DNA of 64,000 nt from an uncultured Clostridia bacterium (GTDB taxonomy: Bacteria > Bacillota > Clostridia > TANB77 > CAG-508), in the NCBI GenBank assembly GCA_947588945.1, contig CANPZY010000002.1, positions 29,592 through 93,591 of the forward strand, written 5' to 3'. The position numbers and the translations under genes were made by a program. Under the pieces are notes generated by a model, which saw only the letters and a list, made by a program, of their open reading frames with translations, did not search any database and was not told the DNA's origin. Numbering within the stretch: position 1 is the first letter of the stretch; the number at the start of each line of letters is the position of its first letter. Below are positions 43,720 through 54,398 of this stretch, in pieces.

Positions 43720-44544
43720 ATGGAGAATGCAACAGATGCGTTAAAGATGGCGGCAGCAATATTAATTTTCATTGGTGCACTTTCATTAGCATTGATTGGT
43801 TTTACAAGAGCAACGCAAACTGCAGGAAGTGTACTATCTAAGTCAAAAGTAGAATATTATAATACTGAAAATATTAGAGTATCAGAGAATAGAATAGTTG
43901 GTATTGAAACGATTATACCAACTCTATATTCGTATTTTAAAGAAGGTTATACAATAGTTTTTTATAGAGGGTCTGTTGATGAAAATAATGATTTAGTATC
44001 AAATATATCACCACTTACGCTTTATTATTCAGAAGCACTTCCATCAAGATTAGTATTATCAACACTTAGGAATGAAGGCGATGTCTCATATAGAGCAACT
44101 CAGGATGGAAAGAATATTTCAAGAGCAATATATGGAATAGATGCAAATGACGAAGATACAAGACAAGAGCCATGGCTACATGACGAAATACACGCTAAAT
44201 ATTTTATACAATCATTAATAAATAATACACCAGAAATGTCAAAATATGATATGTCTAGAAAAAAATCTGTAGCTATAAATAAACAAGAAGACAATAAATT
44301 AACATTAAATTTTGATTTTAATGGAGGATTAATAAATAGATTAGGATCAAGCATTTCAAATGCCAAAGATGCTATGTTTATTGAAAGAATTGGTACTTAT
44401 AATCAAGTAATATACGATGGAGATCAAACGGCATCAGTTGATAGTTCAATTATTGAATTTTCAAATAATGAAGTTATGCAAAATAATGAGGGAACACAAA
44501 AGAGAGTTATCCAATATATTTATATAGGAAATAAAACAAGATAG
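43720..44544 (+). CDS. putative (pseudo)pilin-like protein, paralog 4 (MENATDALKMAAAILI)
   Basis: Related leader. Confidence 0.4.
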   Translation: MENATDALKMAAAILIFIGALSLALIGFTRATQTAGSVLSKSKVEYYNTENIRVSENRIVGIETIIPTLYSYFKEGYTIVFYRGSVDENNDLVSNISPLTLYYSEALPSRLVLSTLRNEGDVSYRATQDGKNISRAIYGIDANDEDTRQEPWLHDEIHAKYFIQSLINNTPEMSKYDMSRKKSVAINKQEDNKLTLNFDFNGGLINRLGSSISNAKDAMFIERIGTYNQVIYDGDQTASVDSSIIEFSNNEVMQNNEGTQKRVIQYIYIGNKTR

Positions 44545-44596
44545 TTTTAAAAAAGATAACAAAAAATATTTATAGATGTAAAAATAGGAGGTTCTT

Positions 44597-45118
44597 ATGA
44601 ATGATTCAGTTATGACTGTTTTAGCAATATTTTTAGCAGCAATATTAATGTTTATATTTCCTTTAATGTCTACTGCTGATAGAAGTGATGATATTTCACA
44701 ACAAATAGTACAAGCTGAAACAACAGAATTTGTTGATAAAATTAGGTCAACAGGAAAAATAACAAATGATAATTATGAAGCTTATAGTCAAGCAGTAACA
44801 GCAACAGGAAATTCATTTGAAATAGAAATGCAAGCTTCAATTCTAGATGAAAATTCTAATAAAAAGACAACACAAGCATCTGCACAAAAAGTTGGAGAAA
44901 ATTATTCTTATAGTGAATATACTTCTCAAATCTTAGATAAAATTGAAAATGAAGGTCAATATAAATTAAAAGCAGGAGACTTTGTATCTGTTTCTGTAAA
45001 AAATACAAACAAAACAATTTCACAGATACTTAAAAACTTTATGTATAGAGTTACAGGAAATGATAATTATGTAATTGCAGCAAGACATTTTGGAACAGTT
45101 AATGTTACAGCTAATTAG
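44597..45118 (+). CDS. N-terminally hydrophobic small protein (MNDSVMTVLAIFLAAILMFIFPL)
   Basis: Fifth small leader-bearing protein in the locus; RBS AGGAGG. Confidence 0.4.
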   Translation: MNDSVMTVLAIFLAAILMFIFPLMSTADRSDDISQQIVQAETTEFVDKIRSTGKITNDNYEAYSQAVTATGNSFEIEMQASILDENSNKKTTQASAQKVGENYSYSEYTSQILDKIENEGQYKLKAGDFVSVSVKNTNKTISQILKNFMYRVTGNDNYVIAARHFGTVNVTAN

Positions 45119-45130
45119 ATAAATATTTAT

Positions 45131-45213
45131 ATCGCATAATTTTAGTAAAATAATTGAAAAAAAATAGATTGCATAATTTTAATCAAAAAAAAATAGATTA
45201 CATAATTTTAGTC
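45131..45213 (+). repeat. tandem direct repeats (2.5 x ~28 bp) upstream of spoIVB
   Basis: atcgcataattttagtaaaataattg / aaaaaaaatagattgcataattttaatc / aaaaaaaaatagattacataattttagtc. Confidence 0.6.
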
Positions 45214-45355
45214 AAGTAAATAAAAATAAAAAAGATGGTTATTATAATTATATAATAACTATTTTTTTATGCACTTTAAATCAATCTTTTCATAAAAAAA
45301 TTGATTAGTATCTAAAATGTATAATTATGAAAAAAGTTTTCTAATTTGAAGGAGA

Positions 45356-46417
45356 ATGATAAAGATGAAAAATAAAATAAGTAAAAAAATCATAGCTATA
45401 TTAACAATAATTTTATTTTTTAATTATACACTTGTATTAAGTACTACTAATAAAATGTATTTGGAAAGTGTAAGTTCAACTGGAGAGAGAAGAGTAAATC
45501 TCATAGGAAGGACAATAGGATTAAAATTATATACAGATGGAGTATTAGTAGTGGGAATGTCGGAATTTGAGGGAATAGATGGACAAATGTATGAACCTTA
45601 TAAAAATTCGGGAATAAAAGAAGGAGATATGATAAAAACAATTAATGGAAAAGTAATTTCCAATACAGATGAATTAGTAGACATAATTAATGAAAGCGAT
45701 GGACAAGATGTATCAATTAGGTATCAAAGAGAATCAGAAGAAATATATACAACAATTAAACCAGTAAAAGGAGAACAAGGAGATTATATGCTTGGATTAT
45801 GGGTTAGAGATGCAGCAGCGGGTTTAGGGACATTAACGTATTATGAAGAAGCAACATCAAGTTTTGCAGCTTTAGGGCATGGGATAAATGATGTAGATAC
45901 AAATAAATTATTAAATATTTCAAATGGAGAATTAGTAACAGCTCAGATAATATCGATTGTAAAAGGTCAAAAAGGGAAACCGGGAGAAATAAGGGGTACA
46001 ATAGATAATTCAATAAGTATAGGAAATATTGAAGTAAACTCTGAGATAGGAGTATATGGAAAAGTAACAAATTTTGATTATATAAATAAAGTAAAATTAG
46101 AAGAAGTACCAGTAGCTGCTAGAAATGAGATTGAAGAAGGAAAAGCAACAATTATGTGTCAGTTAACAAATGAAGATAAAGTTCAAAATTATGAAATTGA
46201 AATTAGGAAAATATATAGATTAAACTATACAGATAATAAAAGCATGCTTATAAAAGTAACAGATGAAAAATTAATAGAAAAAACAGGAGGAATAATACCA
46301 GGAATGAGTGGAACTCCAATCTTACAGAATGGAAAATTTGTAGGAGCAATCACAAATGTACTATTGAATGATCCAACTCAGGGATATGCAATTTTTTCAG
46401 ATATGATGCTACAATAG
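45356..46417 (+). CDS. spoIVB: stage IV sporulation protein B (SpoIVB signalling serine peptidase, S55)
   Basis: N-terminal TM, PDZ-like region, S55 motifs GIGTLTYYE and GMSGTPILQNGKFVGAITNV. Confidence 0.85.
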   Translation: MIKMKNKISKKIIAILTIILFFNYTLVLSTTNKMYLESVSSTGERRVNLIGRTIGLKLYTDGVLVVGMSEFEGIDGQMYEPYKNSGIKEGDMIKTINGKVISNTDELVDIINESDGQDVSIRYQRESEEIYTTIKPVKGEQGDYMLGLWVRDAAAGLGTLTYYEEATSSFAALGHGINDVDTNKLLNISNGELVTAQIISIVKGQKGKPGEIRGTIDNSISIGNIEVNSEIGVYGKVTNFDYINKVKLEEVPVAARNEIEEGKATIMCQLTNEDKVQNYEIEIRKIYRLNYTDNKSMLIKVTDEKLIEKTGGIIPGMSGTPILQNGKFVGAITNVLLNDPTQGYAIFSDMMLQ

Positions 46418-46426
46418 ATAAAAAAT

Positions 46427-46458
46427 TTAAGGCAAGAAAATTAGCCTTAATTTTTTTT
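46427..46458. terminator. rho-independent terminator after spoIVB
   Basis: Stem ttaaggc / gccttaa followed by a T8 run. Confidence 0.65.
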
Positions 46459-46891
46459 ATGATTTTTTGGAATAATGATGTTTCCCTTATTAGTAGTATT
46501 ATTCTTTGATACTTCAAAGGTTAAATTATCTTTAACTTCAGATATCTCTAAATCTTTAGAATGTCCTTTTACAATTTCAATTTTATTGCTCTTTTTGCTT
46601 TCTTTTTCTTCCATGTCAATTAATTCCTTTCTAAATTGTTTTTGAAAAATATTAAATAGCAATAGTGAAAATTTTTTCTCTTTTTTAAAACTAGATTAAT
46701 ATTAGCATAAATAAATATAAAAATCAAGATTGTAAATAAGCATTACCAATAAAAATATTAAAGTGTGAAGGAAAATGATATTTTGAACTTTAAATTAAAA
46801 TTAGTATATGATATAATTCAAAACAATAAAAGATATATAAAGAAAGGAGAAATTCGTATAAGAGTTATAAAAATTATACGAATAAAGTAAT

Positions 46892-47545
46892 ATGGAAGTT
46901 TCAGCATCAATTTTAAGTGTTAAAGAAGAAGAGTCTGTTCATACATTTTATAGGCTAGAATTAGCAAAAGTTGATTATTTTCATATAGATGTAATGGATG
47001 GAAAATTTGTTGAAGAAGATTCTCAGGAAGAAATGAAAAAATATGCAGATAATCTAAAAAATATAACAAATATCCCACTAGATGTTCATTTAATGGTAGA
47101 TAACGTAAAAAAATATGTAGATATTTTTTCTCCAAATGAACCAAGATGCATAACTTTTCACTTTGAGGCAGTAAAAGATAAAGAAGAAATTATGGAATTA
47201 ATAAATTACATAAAACAATTTTCAAAAGTAGGAATTTCAATAAAACCAGAAACTAAAATTGAAGAAATATATGATTTTTTACCTTATGTTCATAATGTAT
47301 TAGTAATGACTGTAGAACCTGGAAAAGGTGGACAAGAATTAATTCCAGAAACAATAGAAAAAATTAAAACATTAAAGAAATATATTGAAGAAAATAATTT
47401 AGATACTGAAATTGAAGCAGATGGTGGAATAAATCTTTCTAATATAAATGAATTAAAGAATGTTGGAGTAGATATTGCGGTAGTAGGTACGGCGCTAATT
47501 GAAGCAAAAGATTATAAATATATGGTAAATAAATTAAAAGAATAA
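46892..47545 (+). CDS. rpe: ribulose-phosphate 3-epimerase
   Basis: Motifs SILSV, HIDVMDGKFV, PLDVHLMV, the GG... loop and VVGTALI. Confidence 0.8.
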   Translation: MEVSASILSVKEEESVHTFYRLELAKVDYFHIDVMDGKFVEEDSQEEMKKYADNLKNITNIPLDVHLMVDNVKKYVDIFSPNEPRCITFHFEAVKDKEEIMELINYIKQFSKVGISIKPETKIEEIYDFLPYVHNVLVMTVEPGKGGQELIPETIEKIKTLKKYIEENNLDTEIEADGGINLSNINELKNVGVDIAVVGTALIEAKDYKYMVNKLKE

Positions 47546-47604
47546 ATTAAATAATTAAATAAAAAAAAAAAAATAAAAAAATAAATAAATAAATAAAAAT
47601 ATTA

Positions 47605-47690
47605 TAATTCTTTGTGGTTTGCTGTCGCTAGCTGAAATTAACATTTCAGCGCTCCATTCGCGCACTTCGTGCTTGGTCGCTGCGCACCAC
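47605..47690. other. GC-rich structured intergenic element of unknown nature
   Basis: tttgctgtcgctagctgaaattaacatttcagcgctccattcgcgcacttcgtgcttggtcgctgcgcaccac: an 8-bp perfect hairpin (gctgaaat/atttcagc) and a GCGCAC direct repeat, lying in an otherwise A/T-homopolymer intergenic region. Confidence 0.4.
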
Positions 47691-47777
47691 TTTAGAATTT
47701 TAATATTTTTATTTATTTTAATGTATTAATATTTTCATTAAATGAAAAGTAAATAAAATACTATATTAATATTTTTT

Positions 47778-47799
47778 TCAAGTGAAAAAGTAAATGCAA
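47778..47799 (+). repeat. copy 3 of the intergenic motif (TCAAGTGAAAAAGTAAATGCAA)
   Basis: 22 of 24 nt; 200 bp upstream of pgk. Confidence 0.55.
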
Positions 47800-48003
47800 T
47801 TTTATATTAATATTTTACTGATTTAACATAAAAAAGTCTTGAAAACTTTATATTTTTAATATACAATTATAATGATTTAAAATATGGAAATAATTGATTT
47901 ATACAGTTTTAGTGAAACTATATTTTAAAGGTTTATGGGTAGCCTAAAAACCTAAATATTATAGATAAGGAGATTTGCATAAAATATTATGCAATAAAAA
48001 ATT

Positions 48004-49191
48004 ATGGATAAAAAAACTGTTAAAGATTTAAATGTAGTAGGAAAGAAAGTGCTAGTAAGATGCGACTTTAATGTGCCATTAAATGAAAACAAGGAGATTA
48101 CTGATAAAACTAGAATTATAGCGGCACTTCCAACAATAAAATATTTATTAGAGAATAATGCAAAGGTTATTTTATGTTCACATTTAGGTAGACCAAAAGG
48201 TGAATTTAATATGGATTATTCACTAGAGCCAGTGGCAAGAGAGCTATCTAATCAATTAGGAATGAATGTACCTTTAGCAAAAGATGTTACAGGTGACAGT
48301 GCAAAAGAACTTGCGCAAAATCTAAAAGAAGGAGAAGCAATGCTTCTTGAAAATGTTAGATTTGATCCAAGAGAGGAAAAAAATGATGATACTTTAAGTC
48401 AAGAGTTTGCTTCACTTGCAGAGTTATATGTAAATGATGCATTTGGAACTTGCCATAGAGCACACTCATCAACAGCTGGAGTTGCAAAATTTTTACCATC
48501 TGCTTGTGGATTTTTAATTGAAAAAGAATTAGAACATTTAGGTGGTGCTTTAAATAATCCAAAAAGACCATTTGTAGCTATTTTAGGTGGTAAAAAAGTA
48601 TCAGATAAAATAGGAGTTATAGATAATTTATTAGAAAAAGTTGATACTCTTCTAATTGGTGGAGGAATGGCATATACATTTTTTAAAGCAAAAGGTTACA
48701 ACATAGGAAACTCAATTTGTGAAGATGATAAACTAGATTTAGCAATGAGTTTACTAAAAAAGGCAGAAGAAAAAGGTGTAAAAATGCTTTTACCTGTTGA
48801 TAATGCAATAGGAAAAGAATTTGACAATAATACAGAAAAGATGGTAGTAAAATCAAATGAAATTCCAGATGGATGGCAAGGATTTGATATAGGACCTGAA
48901 ACAATTAAGCTTTATGAGGAAGAGTTAAAAAATGCTAAGACAATATTATGGAATGGACCTATTGGAGTATTTGAATTAGAAAAATTTGCAGTTGGTACAA
49001 ATGAGATAGCTAATTTCTTAGCTAATCTAAATGATTGTACAACAATAATTGGTGGAGGAGATTCTGCTGCTGCAATTACAAAAGCAGGTCTAGCAGATAA
49101 AATGACTCATATATCAACAGGTGGAGGAGCTTCTTTAGAGTTTATTGAGGGAAAAGTTTTGCCAGGAATTGAATGTATAGAGAACAAATAA
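48004..49191 (+). CDS. pgk: phosphoglycerate kinase
   Basis: [11 protein letters not shown], the GG..SDKI... hinge, and other conserved motifs. Confidence 0.95.
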   Translation: MDKKTVKDLNVVGKKVLVRCDFNVPLNENKEITDKTRIIAALPTIKYLLENNAKVILCSHLGRPKGEFNMDYSLEPVARELSNQLGMNVPLAKDVTGDSAKELAQNLKEGEAMLLENVRFDPREEKNDDTLSQEFASLAELYVNDAFGTCHRAHSSTAGVAKFLPSACGFLIEKELEHLGGALNNPKRPFVAILGGKKVSDKIGVIDNLLEKVDTLLIGGGMAYTFFKAKGYNIGNSICEDDKLDLAMSLLKKAEEKGVKMLLPVDNAIGKEFDNNTEKMVVKSNEIPDGWQGFDIGPETIKLYEEELKNAKTILWNGPIGVFELEKFAVGTNEIANFLANLNDCTTIIGGGDSAAAITKAGLADKMTHISTGGGASLEFIEGKVLPGIECIENK

Positions 49192-49329
49192 TATATATAT
49201 AGAAATTTATATAAAAGTAAAAAATAACTAAGGTTAAGGCAAATATATAAAGTTTATAAAAGTTCCTATAGGATAAAAAATAAAATAAAAAAAGATGTAT
49301 TTTAAATAAATATATACAAGGAGAAAAAT

Positions 49330-50073
49330 ATGAGAAGAAAAGTAATGGCTGGAAATTGGAAAATGAATATGCTACCTAATGAAGCAATAAAATTTATAGG
49401 AGACTTAACTCCATTAGTAAAGGATTCAAAACCAGAAGTAATTATATGTGCACCATTTACTGATTTGTTTTATACATTACTTAGTTGTCAAGATACTAAT
49501 ATTCATGTAGGAGCACAAAATATGCACTGGAAAGAATCAGGAGCATATACTGGTGAAATTTCAGCAGAAATGTTAAAAGTAATAAATGTTGAATATGTAA
49601 TAATAGGACATTCAGAAAGAAGGCAATATTTCAATGAAACAGATGAAACTGTTAATTTAAAAGTAAAATCAGCACTTAAAAATGGCCTAAAACCAATAGT
49701 TTGTGTAGGTGAAACTTTAGAGCAAAAAGAAGCAGGAAAAACTATAGAAGTAATTACATCACAGACTGCAAAAGCACTAGAAGGCTTGACAATAGAAGAT
49801 TTAAATAATACAATTATTGCGTACGAGCCAATATGGGCAATTGGTACAGGAAAAACAGCAACATCAGAAGATGCAAATGAAAGTATAAAAGAAATTAGAA
49901 AAGAAGTTCTAAATAAGTTTGGAACAGATGATATAACGATACTATACGGTGGAAGCGTTAAAAAAGAAAATGCAAAGGAATTATTTACGACATCAGATAT
50001 AGATGGCGGATTAGTTGGTGGAGCGAGTTTAGATGCAGACACATTTAGTAAAATTGTTAATTATGATTTGTAA
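49330..50073 (+). CDS. tpiA: triose-phosphate isomerase
   Basis: AGNWKMN, IIGHSERR, AYEPIWAIGTG. Confidence 0.95.
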   Translation: MRRKVMAGNWKMNMLPNEAIKFIGDLTPLVKDSKPEVIICAPFTDLFYTLLSCQDTNIHVGAQNMHWKESGAYTGEISAEMLKVINVEYVIIGHSERRQYFNETDETVNLKVKSALKNGLKPIVCVGETLEQKEAGKTIEVITSQTAKALEGLTIEDLNNTIIAYEPIWAIGTGKTATSEDANESIKEIRKEVLNKFGTDDITILYGGSVKKENAKELFTTSDIDGGLVGGASLDADTFSKIVNYDL

Positions 50074-50094
50074 ATAAAAAGAAAGAAGGAAAAA

Positions 50095-51627
50095 ATGAGT
50101 AAAGAACTTACGATGTTGGTAATATTAGATGGCTTTGGTAAAAATCCAGATAAAGAAGGAAATGCCATAGCAAATGCAACAAAGCCAAATATTGATAAGC
50201 TAATGATGGATTATCCAACAGCAGAAATACAAGCAAGTGGAAGAGCAGTAGGACTTCCAGAAGGTCAAATGGGAAATTCAGAGGTTGGTCATACAAATAT
50301 TGGAGCAGGAAGAATTGTATATCAAGATTTGACTAGAATCACAAAATCAATAGAAGATGGAGATTTTTTCAGTATACCAGAATTAGTAGAAGCAGTAGAA
50401 AATTGTATAAAAAATGGAACTAAACTTCATATTATGGGCTTAGTATCTGATGGCGGAGTTCATAGTCATGAAAGACATTTATATGGATTACTTGAGCTTG
50501 CTAAAAGAAAAGGTCTAGAGAATGTTTTTGTACATTGTTTTATGGATGGAAGAGATACTTTGCCAGCATCAGGCGAAGGTTATATTATGAAACTAGAAGA
50601 AAAAATGGAAGAAAAAGGAGTAGGAAAAATAGCATCAATTTCTGGTAGATTTTATAGTATGGATAGAGATAAAAGATGGCAAAGGACTCAAAAGTGCTAT
50701 GATGCATTAGTATATGGAAAAGGAGAAAGAGCTTCATCTGCAGTTCAAGCAATAGAAAGTTCATATCAAAAAGAAACATTTGATGAATTTGTTGAACCAA
50801 CTGTAATATATAGTGGAGAAAAGCCAGTTGCAACAATAGAAGATGGGGACTCAGTAATATTCTTTAACTTTAGACCAGATAGAGCAAGACAAATAACTAG
50901 AGCACTAGTAGATCCAGATTTTAATGAATTTGAAACAAAAAAATTAAAATTAAAATTTGTATGTATGACGCAATATGATGAAACAATGCCAAATGTTAAA
51001 GTTGCATTTAAACCGGAAGTTTTAAAAAATACATTTGGAGAATATATTAGTAAAAAAGGATTAAAACAATTAAGAATTGCAGAAACAGAAAAATATGCTC
51101 ATGTAACATTTTTCTTTAATGGTGGAGAAGAAAAGCAGTATAAGGGAGAAGATAGAATTTTAATACCATCTCCTAAAGTAGAAACTTATGATATGAAACC
51201 AGAAATGAGTGCTTATGAAGTAACTGATAAAGTAGTAGATGCAATTAATTCAGAAAAATACGATAGCATAATATTAAATTTTGCAAATCCAGATATGGTC
51301 GGACACACAGGAAGCTTAGAAGCAGCAGAAAGAGCAGTAGAAGCAATTGATGAATGTGTAGGAAAAATAATAAATGCATTATCAAAGCATAATGGAAAAG
51401 CATTAATTACAGCAGATCATGGAAATGCAGAACAAATGATAGATTATAAAACAGGTGAACCATTTACATCACATACAACAAATCCAGTTCCAATAATTTT
51501 ATATGGAATGGAAAATGTAAAAATAAAAGATGGTAAATTAGCAGACTTAGCACCTACAATGCTTGATATGATGGGATTAGAAAAACCAGAAGAAATGACA
51601 GGAGAAAGTTTGCTAGTAAGGGAGTAA
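50095..51627 (+). CDS. gpmI: 2,3-bisphosphoglycerate-independent phosphoglycerate mutase
   Basis: [28 protein letters not shown]. Confidence 0.95.
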   Translation: MSKELTMLVILDGFGKNPDKEGNAIANATKPNIDKLMMDYPTAEIQASGRAVGLPEGQMGNSEVGHTNIGAGRIVYQDLTRITKSIEDGDFFSIPELVEAVENCIKNGTKLHIMGLVSDGGVHSHERHLYGLLELAKRKGLENVFVHCFMDGRDTLPASGEGYIMKLEEKMEEKGVGKIASISGRFYSMDRDKRWQRTQKCYDALVYGKGERASSAVQAIESSYQKETFDEFVEPTVIYSGEKPVATIEDGDSVIFFNFRPDRARQITRALVDPDFNEFETKKLKLKFVCMTQYDETMPNVKVAFKPEVLKNTFGEYISKKGLKQLRIAETEKYAHVTFFFNGGEEKQYKGEDRILIPSPKVETYDMKPEMSAYEVTDKVVDAINSEKYDSIILNFANPDMVGHTGSLEAAERAVEAIDECVGKIINALSKHNGKALITADHGNAEQMIDYKTGEPFTSHTTNPVPIILYGMENVKIKDGKLADLAPTMLDMMGLEKPEEMTGESLLVRE

Positions 51628-51633
51628 AAAACT

Positions 51634-52182
51634 TTGCAAAGATTAGATAGTAGAATATATAATGATATATATAATACACTGATAAATTTAATTCCTGAAA
51701 AATGGGAAAAAATATGTTTATATGCAACTGTTATAGGTGGATTAAAAGGGGAAATGTATTTTTACTATTTCCCCAAAAAATTAATAAAAACAAAACCAGT
51801 AAATTGTTATGAAATAGCAAATAGGTTTGGGTTAGATGAAAATACATATAACGAAGAGATTTCAAAATTATATACAAAAGTAAGGAATTTAAAACAATTA
51901 ATAAGACAAAATTGGACAAATGTAACAATTAGTGTTGATAAAAAGTTTTTTAATGCAGAATATCGCTTTGATAATCTTATAAATTCGAGATATAGTGATG
52001 AAGAAAGGCATTTAATATGGTGCTATAGATATTTAAATACACCAATAGAGAGTTTAAGTAAAAAAGATCAAAATTTGATTTTATCATATAAGGAAAATAG
52101 TAATATAAAACCTATAATATTTGTAGAGGAAATAACAAATTTGGAAAAGTTAGAAGTAAAGAATCCAATATTAAAAGTTTAA
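51634..52182 (+). CDS. YezG/DUF600-like immunity-type protein (orphan), TTG start
   Basis: NTLINLIPEKWEKICLYATVIGG...EMYFYYFP parallels the YezG-family IPEEWEKVYLYAEV...YFYY signature. Confidence 0.45.
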   Translation: MQRLDSRIYNDIYNTLINLIPEKWEKICLYATVIGGLKGEMYFYYFPKKLIKTKPVNCYEIANRFGLDENTYNEEISKLYTKVRNLKQLIRQNWTNVTISVDKKFFNAEYRFDNLINSRYSDEERHLIWCYRYLNTPIESLSKKDQNLILSYKENSNIKPIIFVEEITNLEKLEVKNPILKV

Positions 52183-52266
52183 AAATTAAATCAATTGTAA
52201 TATTATTAATTGTTACAAATTATAATAAGAAAGGAGAGTCGTATAAATTATATACGAGAAAAGCAA

Positions 52267-52959
52267 ATGGAATATTCAGAAGAAATAGAAAATATGTGTG
52301 TAGTAAAAAAAGGAGTAGATCATGGACCAGCACCAATACCAGAAGAGGGAAAATGGGTAAAGGCAAAAGAAATAAAAGATATATCTGGATTTACTCATGG
52401 AATAGGATGGTGTGCACCACAACAGGGATGTTGCAAGCTTACATTAAATGTTAAAGACGGAATAATTGAAGAAGCATTAGTTGAAACAATAGGATGTTCT
52501 GGAATGACACATTCAGCAGCAATGGCAGGAGAAATATTAATAGGAAAAACAATTCTAGAAGCATTAAATACAGACTTAGTTTGTGATGCAATAAATACTG
52601 CAATGAGAGAGTTATTTTTACAAATTGTTTATGGTAGAAGTCAATCAGCATTTTCTGAGGGAGGACTTCAAATTGGAGCAGGACTAGAAGATTTAGGAAA
52701 AGGACATAGAAGTCAGGTTGGAACAATTTATTCAAGTAAAATAAAGGGTCCAAGATATCTAGAACTTGCTGAAGGGTACATAACAGAAATAGGATTAGAT
52801 AGTGATAATCAAATAATAGGCTATAAATATGTAAACTTAGGAAAAATGATGGAAAATATAAAAAAAGGAATAGAACCATTAGAAGCTATAGAAAAAGCAT
52901 CTGGAAAATACGGAAGATTTGATGAAGCTGTAAAAAAGATTGACCCAAGACAAGAATAA
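52267..52959 (+). CDS. Cys-rich protein, possibly a NifU-like partner of the GGGtGRT protein
   Basis: GWCAPQQGCCKL...IGCSGMTHSAAMAGE motifs; adjacent to a GGGtGRT gene. The functional call is weak. Confidence 0.3.
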   Translation: MEYSEEIENMCVVKKGVDHGPAPIPEEGKWVKAKEIKDISGFTHGIGWCAPQQGCCKLTLNVKDGIIEEALVETIGCSGMTHSAAMAGEILIGKTILEALNTDLVCDAINTAMRELFLQIVYGRSQSAFSEGGLQIGAGLEDLGKGHRSQVGTIYSSKIKGPRYLELAEGYITEIGLDSDNQIIGYKYVNLGKMMENIKKGIEPLEAIEKASGKYGRFDEAVKKIDPRQE

Positions 52960-52996
52960 TAAAGAGAAAATAGCATATAAGGAGATGGAATAATTA

Positions 52997-53251
52997 ATGC
53001 AATTTAAACAAAAATTTAGTTTGGATGATATTAATAGATTATTACAACAAGAAGAAATAGTTAACAAAGATGAAAGAAAATTAATAATAGACAATATGAA
53101 TGTATTGCCACCAAGTGAAATTATTAAATTAATTGCTTATATGAAAAATGTGCGTAGTGTTGAATATTTAAAAAAGAAAATTATTCCAAATTTAAGGCAT
53201 TTGAATGATGAAAAAGATGACGATAAAGATAATGATGATTTAGAATTATAA
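52997..53251 (+). CDS. small acidic hypothetical protein
   Basis: ORF with a GGAGATGG RBS and an Asp-rich tail. Confidence 0.3.
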   Translation: MQFKQKFSLDDINRLLQQEEIVNKDERKLIIDNMNVLPPSEIIKLIAYMKNVRSVEYLKKKIIPNLRHLNDEKDDDKDNDDLEL

Positions 53252-53304
53252 TAAAAAAAATAAATTATTATAATAATTTGAGGATAAAAAAGGAGAAATT
53301 AAAT

Positions 53305-54306
53305 ATGTCAGTAACATTTGAAAGTTATGAAAGAAGAATAGATCAAATAAAGCCAGTAATGGAAAAGTATGGAATTAGAGATTTCGAAGATGCATTAGAT
53401 ATATGCAAAGAAAAAGGATTTAATCCTTATGATATGGTAAAAGAAGTTCAACCAATTTGTTTTGAAAATGCATGTTGGGCTTATACTCTAGGAGCAGCAA
53501 TTGCAATAAAAAAAGGTTGCACAAAAGCATCAGAAGCAGCAAAGGCAATAGGAGAAGGACTACAAGCTTTTTGTATACCAGGATCTGTTGCAGATGATAG
53601 AAAAGTAGGATTAGGACATGGGAACTTAGCATCAATGCTACTTAGTGAAGATACAAAATGTTTTGCATTTTTAGCTGGACATGAAAGTTTTGCAGCAGCA
53701 GAAGGGGCAATAGGAATTGCAAAATCAGCAAATAAAGTAAGAAAAGAACCTTTAAGAGTAATATTAAATGGACTTGGAAAAGACGCAGCACAAATTATTT
53801 CGAGAGTAAATGGTTTTACTTATGTAAAAACAGAATTTGACTTTTTCAGTGGTAAAGTAAATGTTGTAGAAGAAATAGCATATTCAAATGGAGAAAGATC
53901 AAAAGTTAGATGTTATGGTGCTAATGACGTTAGAGAAGGTGTTGCAATAATGCATTTAGAAGATGTTGATGTTTCAATAACAGGTAACTCAACAAACCCA
54001 ACAAGATTTCAACATCCTGTAGCAGGTACATATAAAAAAGAAAGAATAGAGCAAGGAAAAAAATATTTCTCAGTTGCAAGTGGAGGAGGAACAGGTAGAA
54101 CTTTACATCCAGATAATATGGCAGCAGGACCTGCATCTTATGGAATGACTGATACAATGGGAAGAATGCACTCAGATGCTCAATTTGCTGGTTCATCATC
54201 AGTTCCAGCACATGTTGAAATGATGGGATTAATTGGAATGGGAAATAACCCAATGGTTGGAGCAACTGTACAAATTGCAGTTGCTGTAGAAGAAGCTATG
54301 AAATAA
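53305..54306 (+). CDS. GGGtGRT-family protein
   Basis: Contains the family signature SGGGTGRT; RBS AAGGAG before ATG 53305. Confidence 0.65.
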   Translation: MSVTFESYERRIDQIKPVMEKYGIRDFEDALDICKEKGFNPYDMVKEVQPICFENACWAYTLGAAIAIKKGCTKASEAAKAIGEGLQAFCIPGSVADDRKVGLGHGNLASMLLSEDTKCFAFLAGHESFAAAEGAIGIAKSANKVRKEPLRVILNGLGKDAAQIISRVNGFTYVKTEFDFFSGKVNVVEEIAYSNGERSKVRCYGANDVREGVAIMHLEDVDVSITGNSTNPTRFQHPVAGTYKKERIEQGKKYFSVASGGGTGRTLHPDNMAAGPASYGMTDTMGRMHSDAQFAGSSSVPAHVEMMGLIGMGNNPMVGATVQIAVAVEEAMK

Positions 54307-54398
54307 ATAAAATATTGCTTATTATATGTGATAGTATAGTAAGCAATATTTTAACTTTATTATATTTTTTTTTGTTTATAATTTATAAATTATTTTTA

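Noticed and set aside
45131-45213. Possible CRISPR array
   Set aside because: Only 2.5 AT-rich repeats with no unique spacers and no cas genes. This is a simple tandem repeat.
46447-46662. Minus-strand 71-aa ORF after spoIVB
   Set aside because: Low-complexity Lys/Asn-rich translation, and it overlaps the convergent terminator region. Not convincing as a gene.
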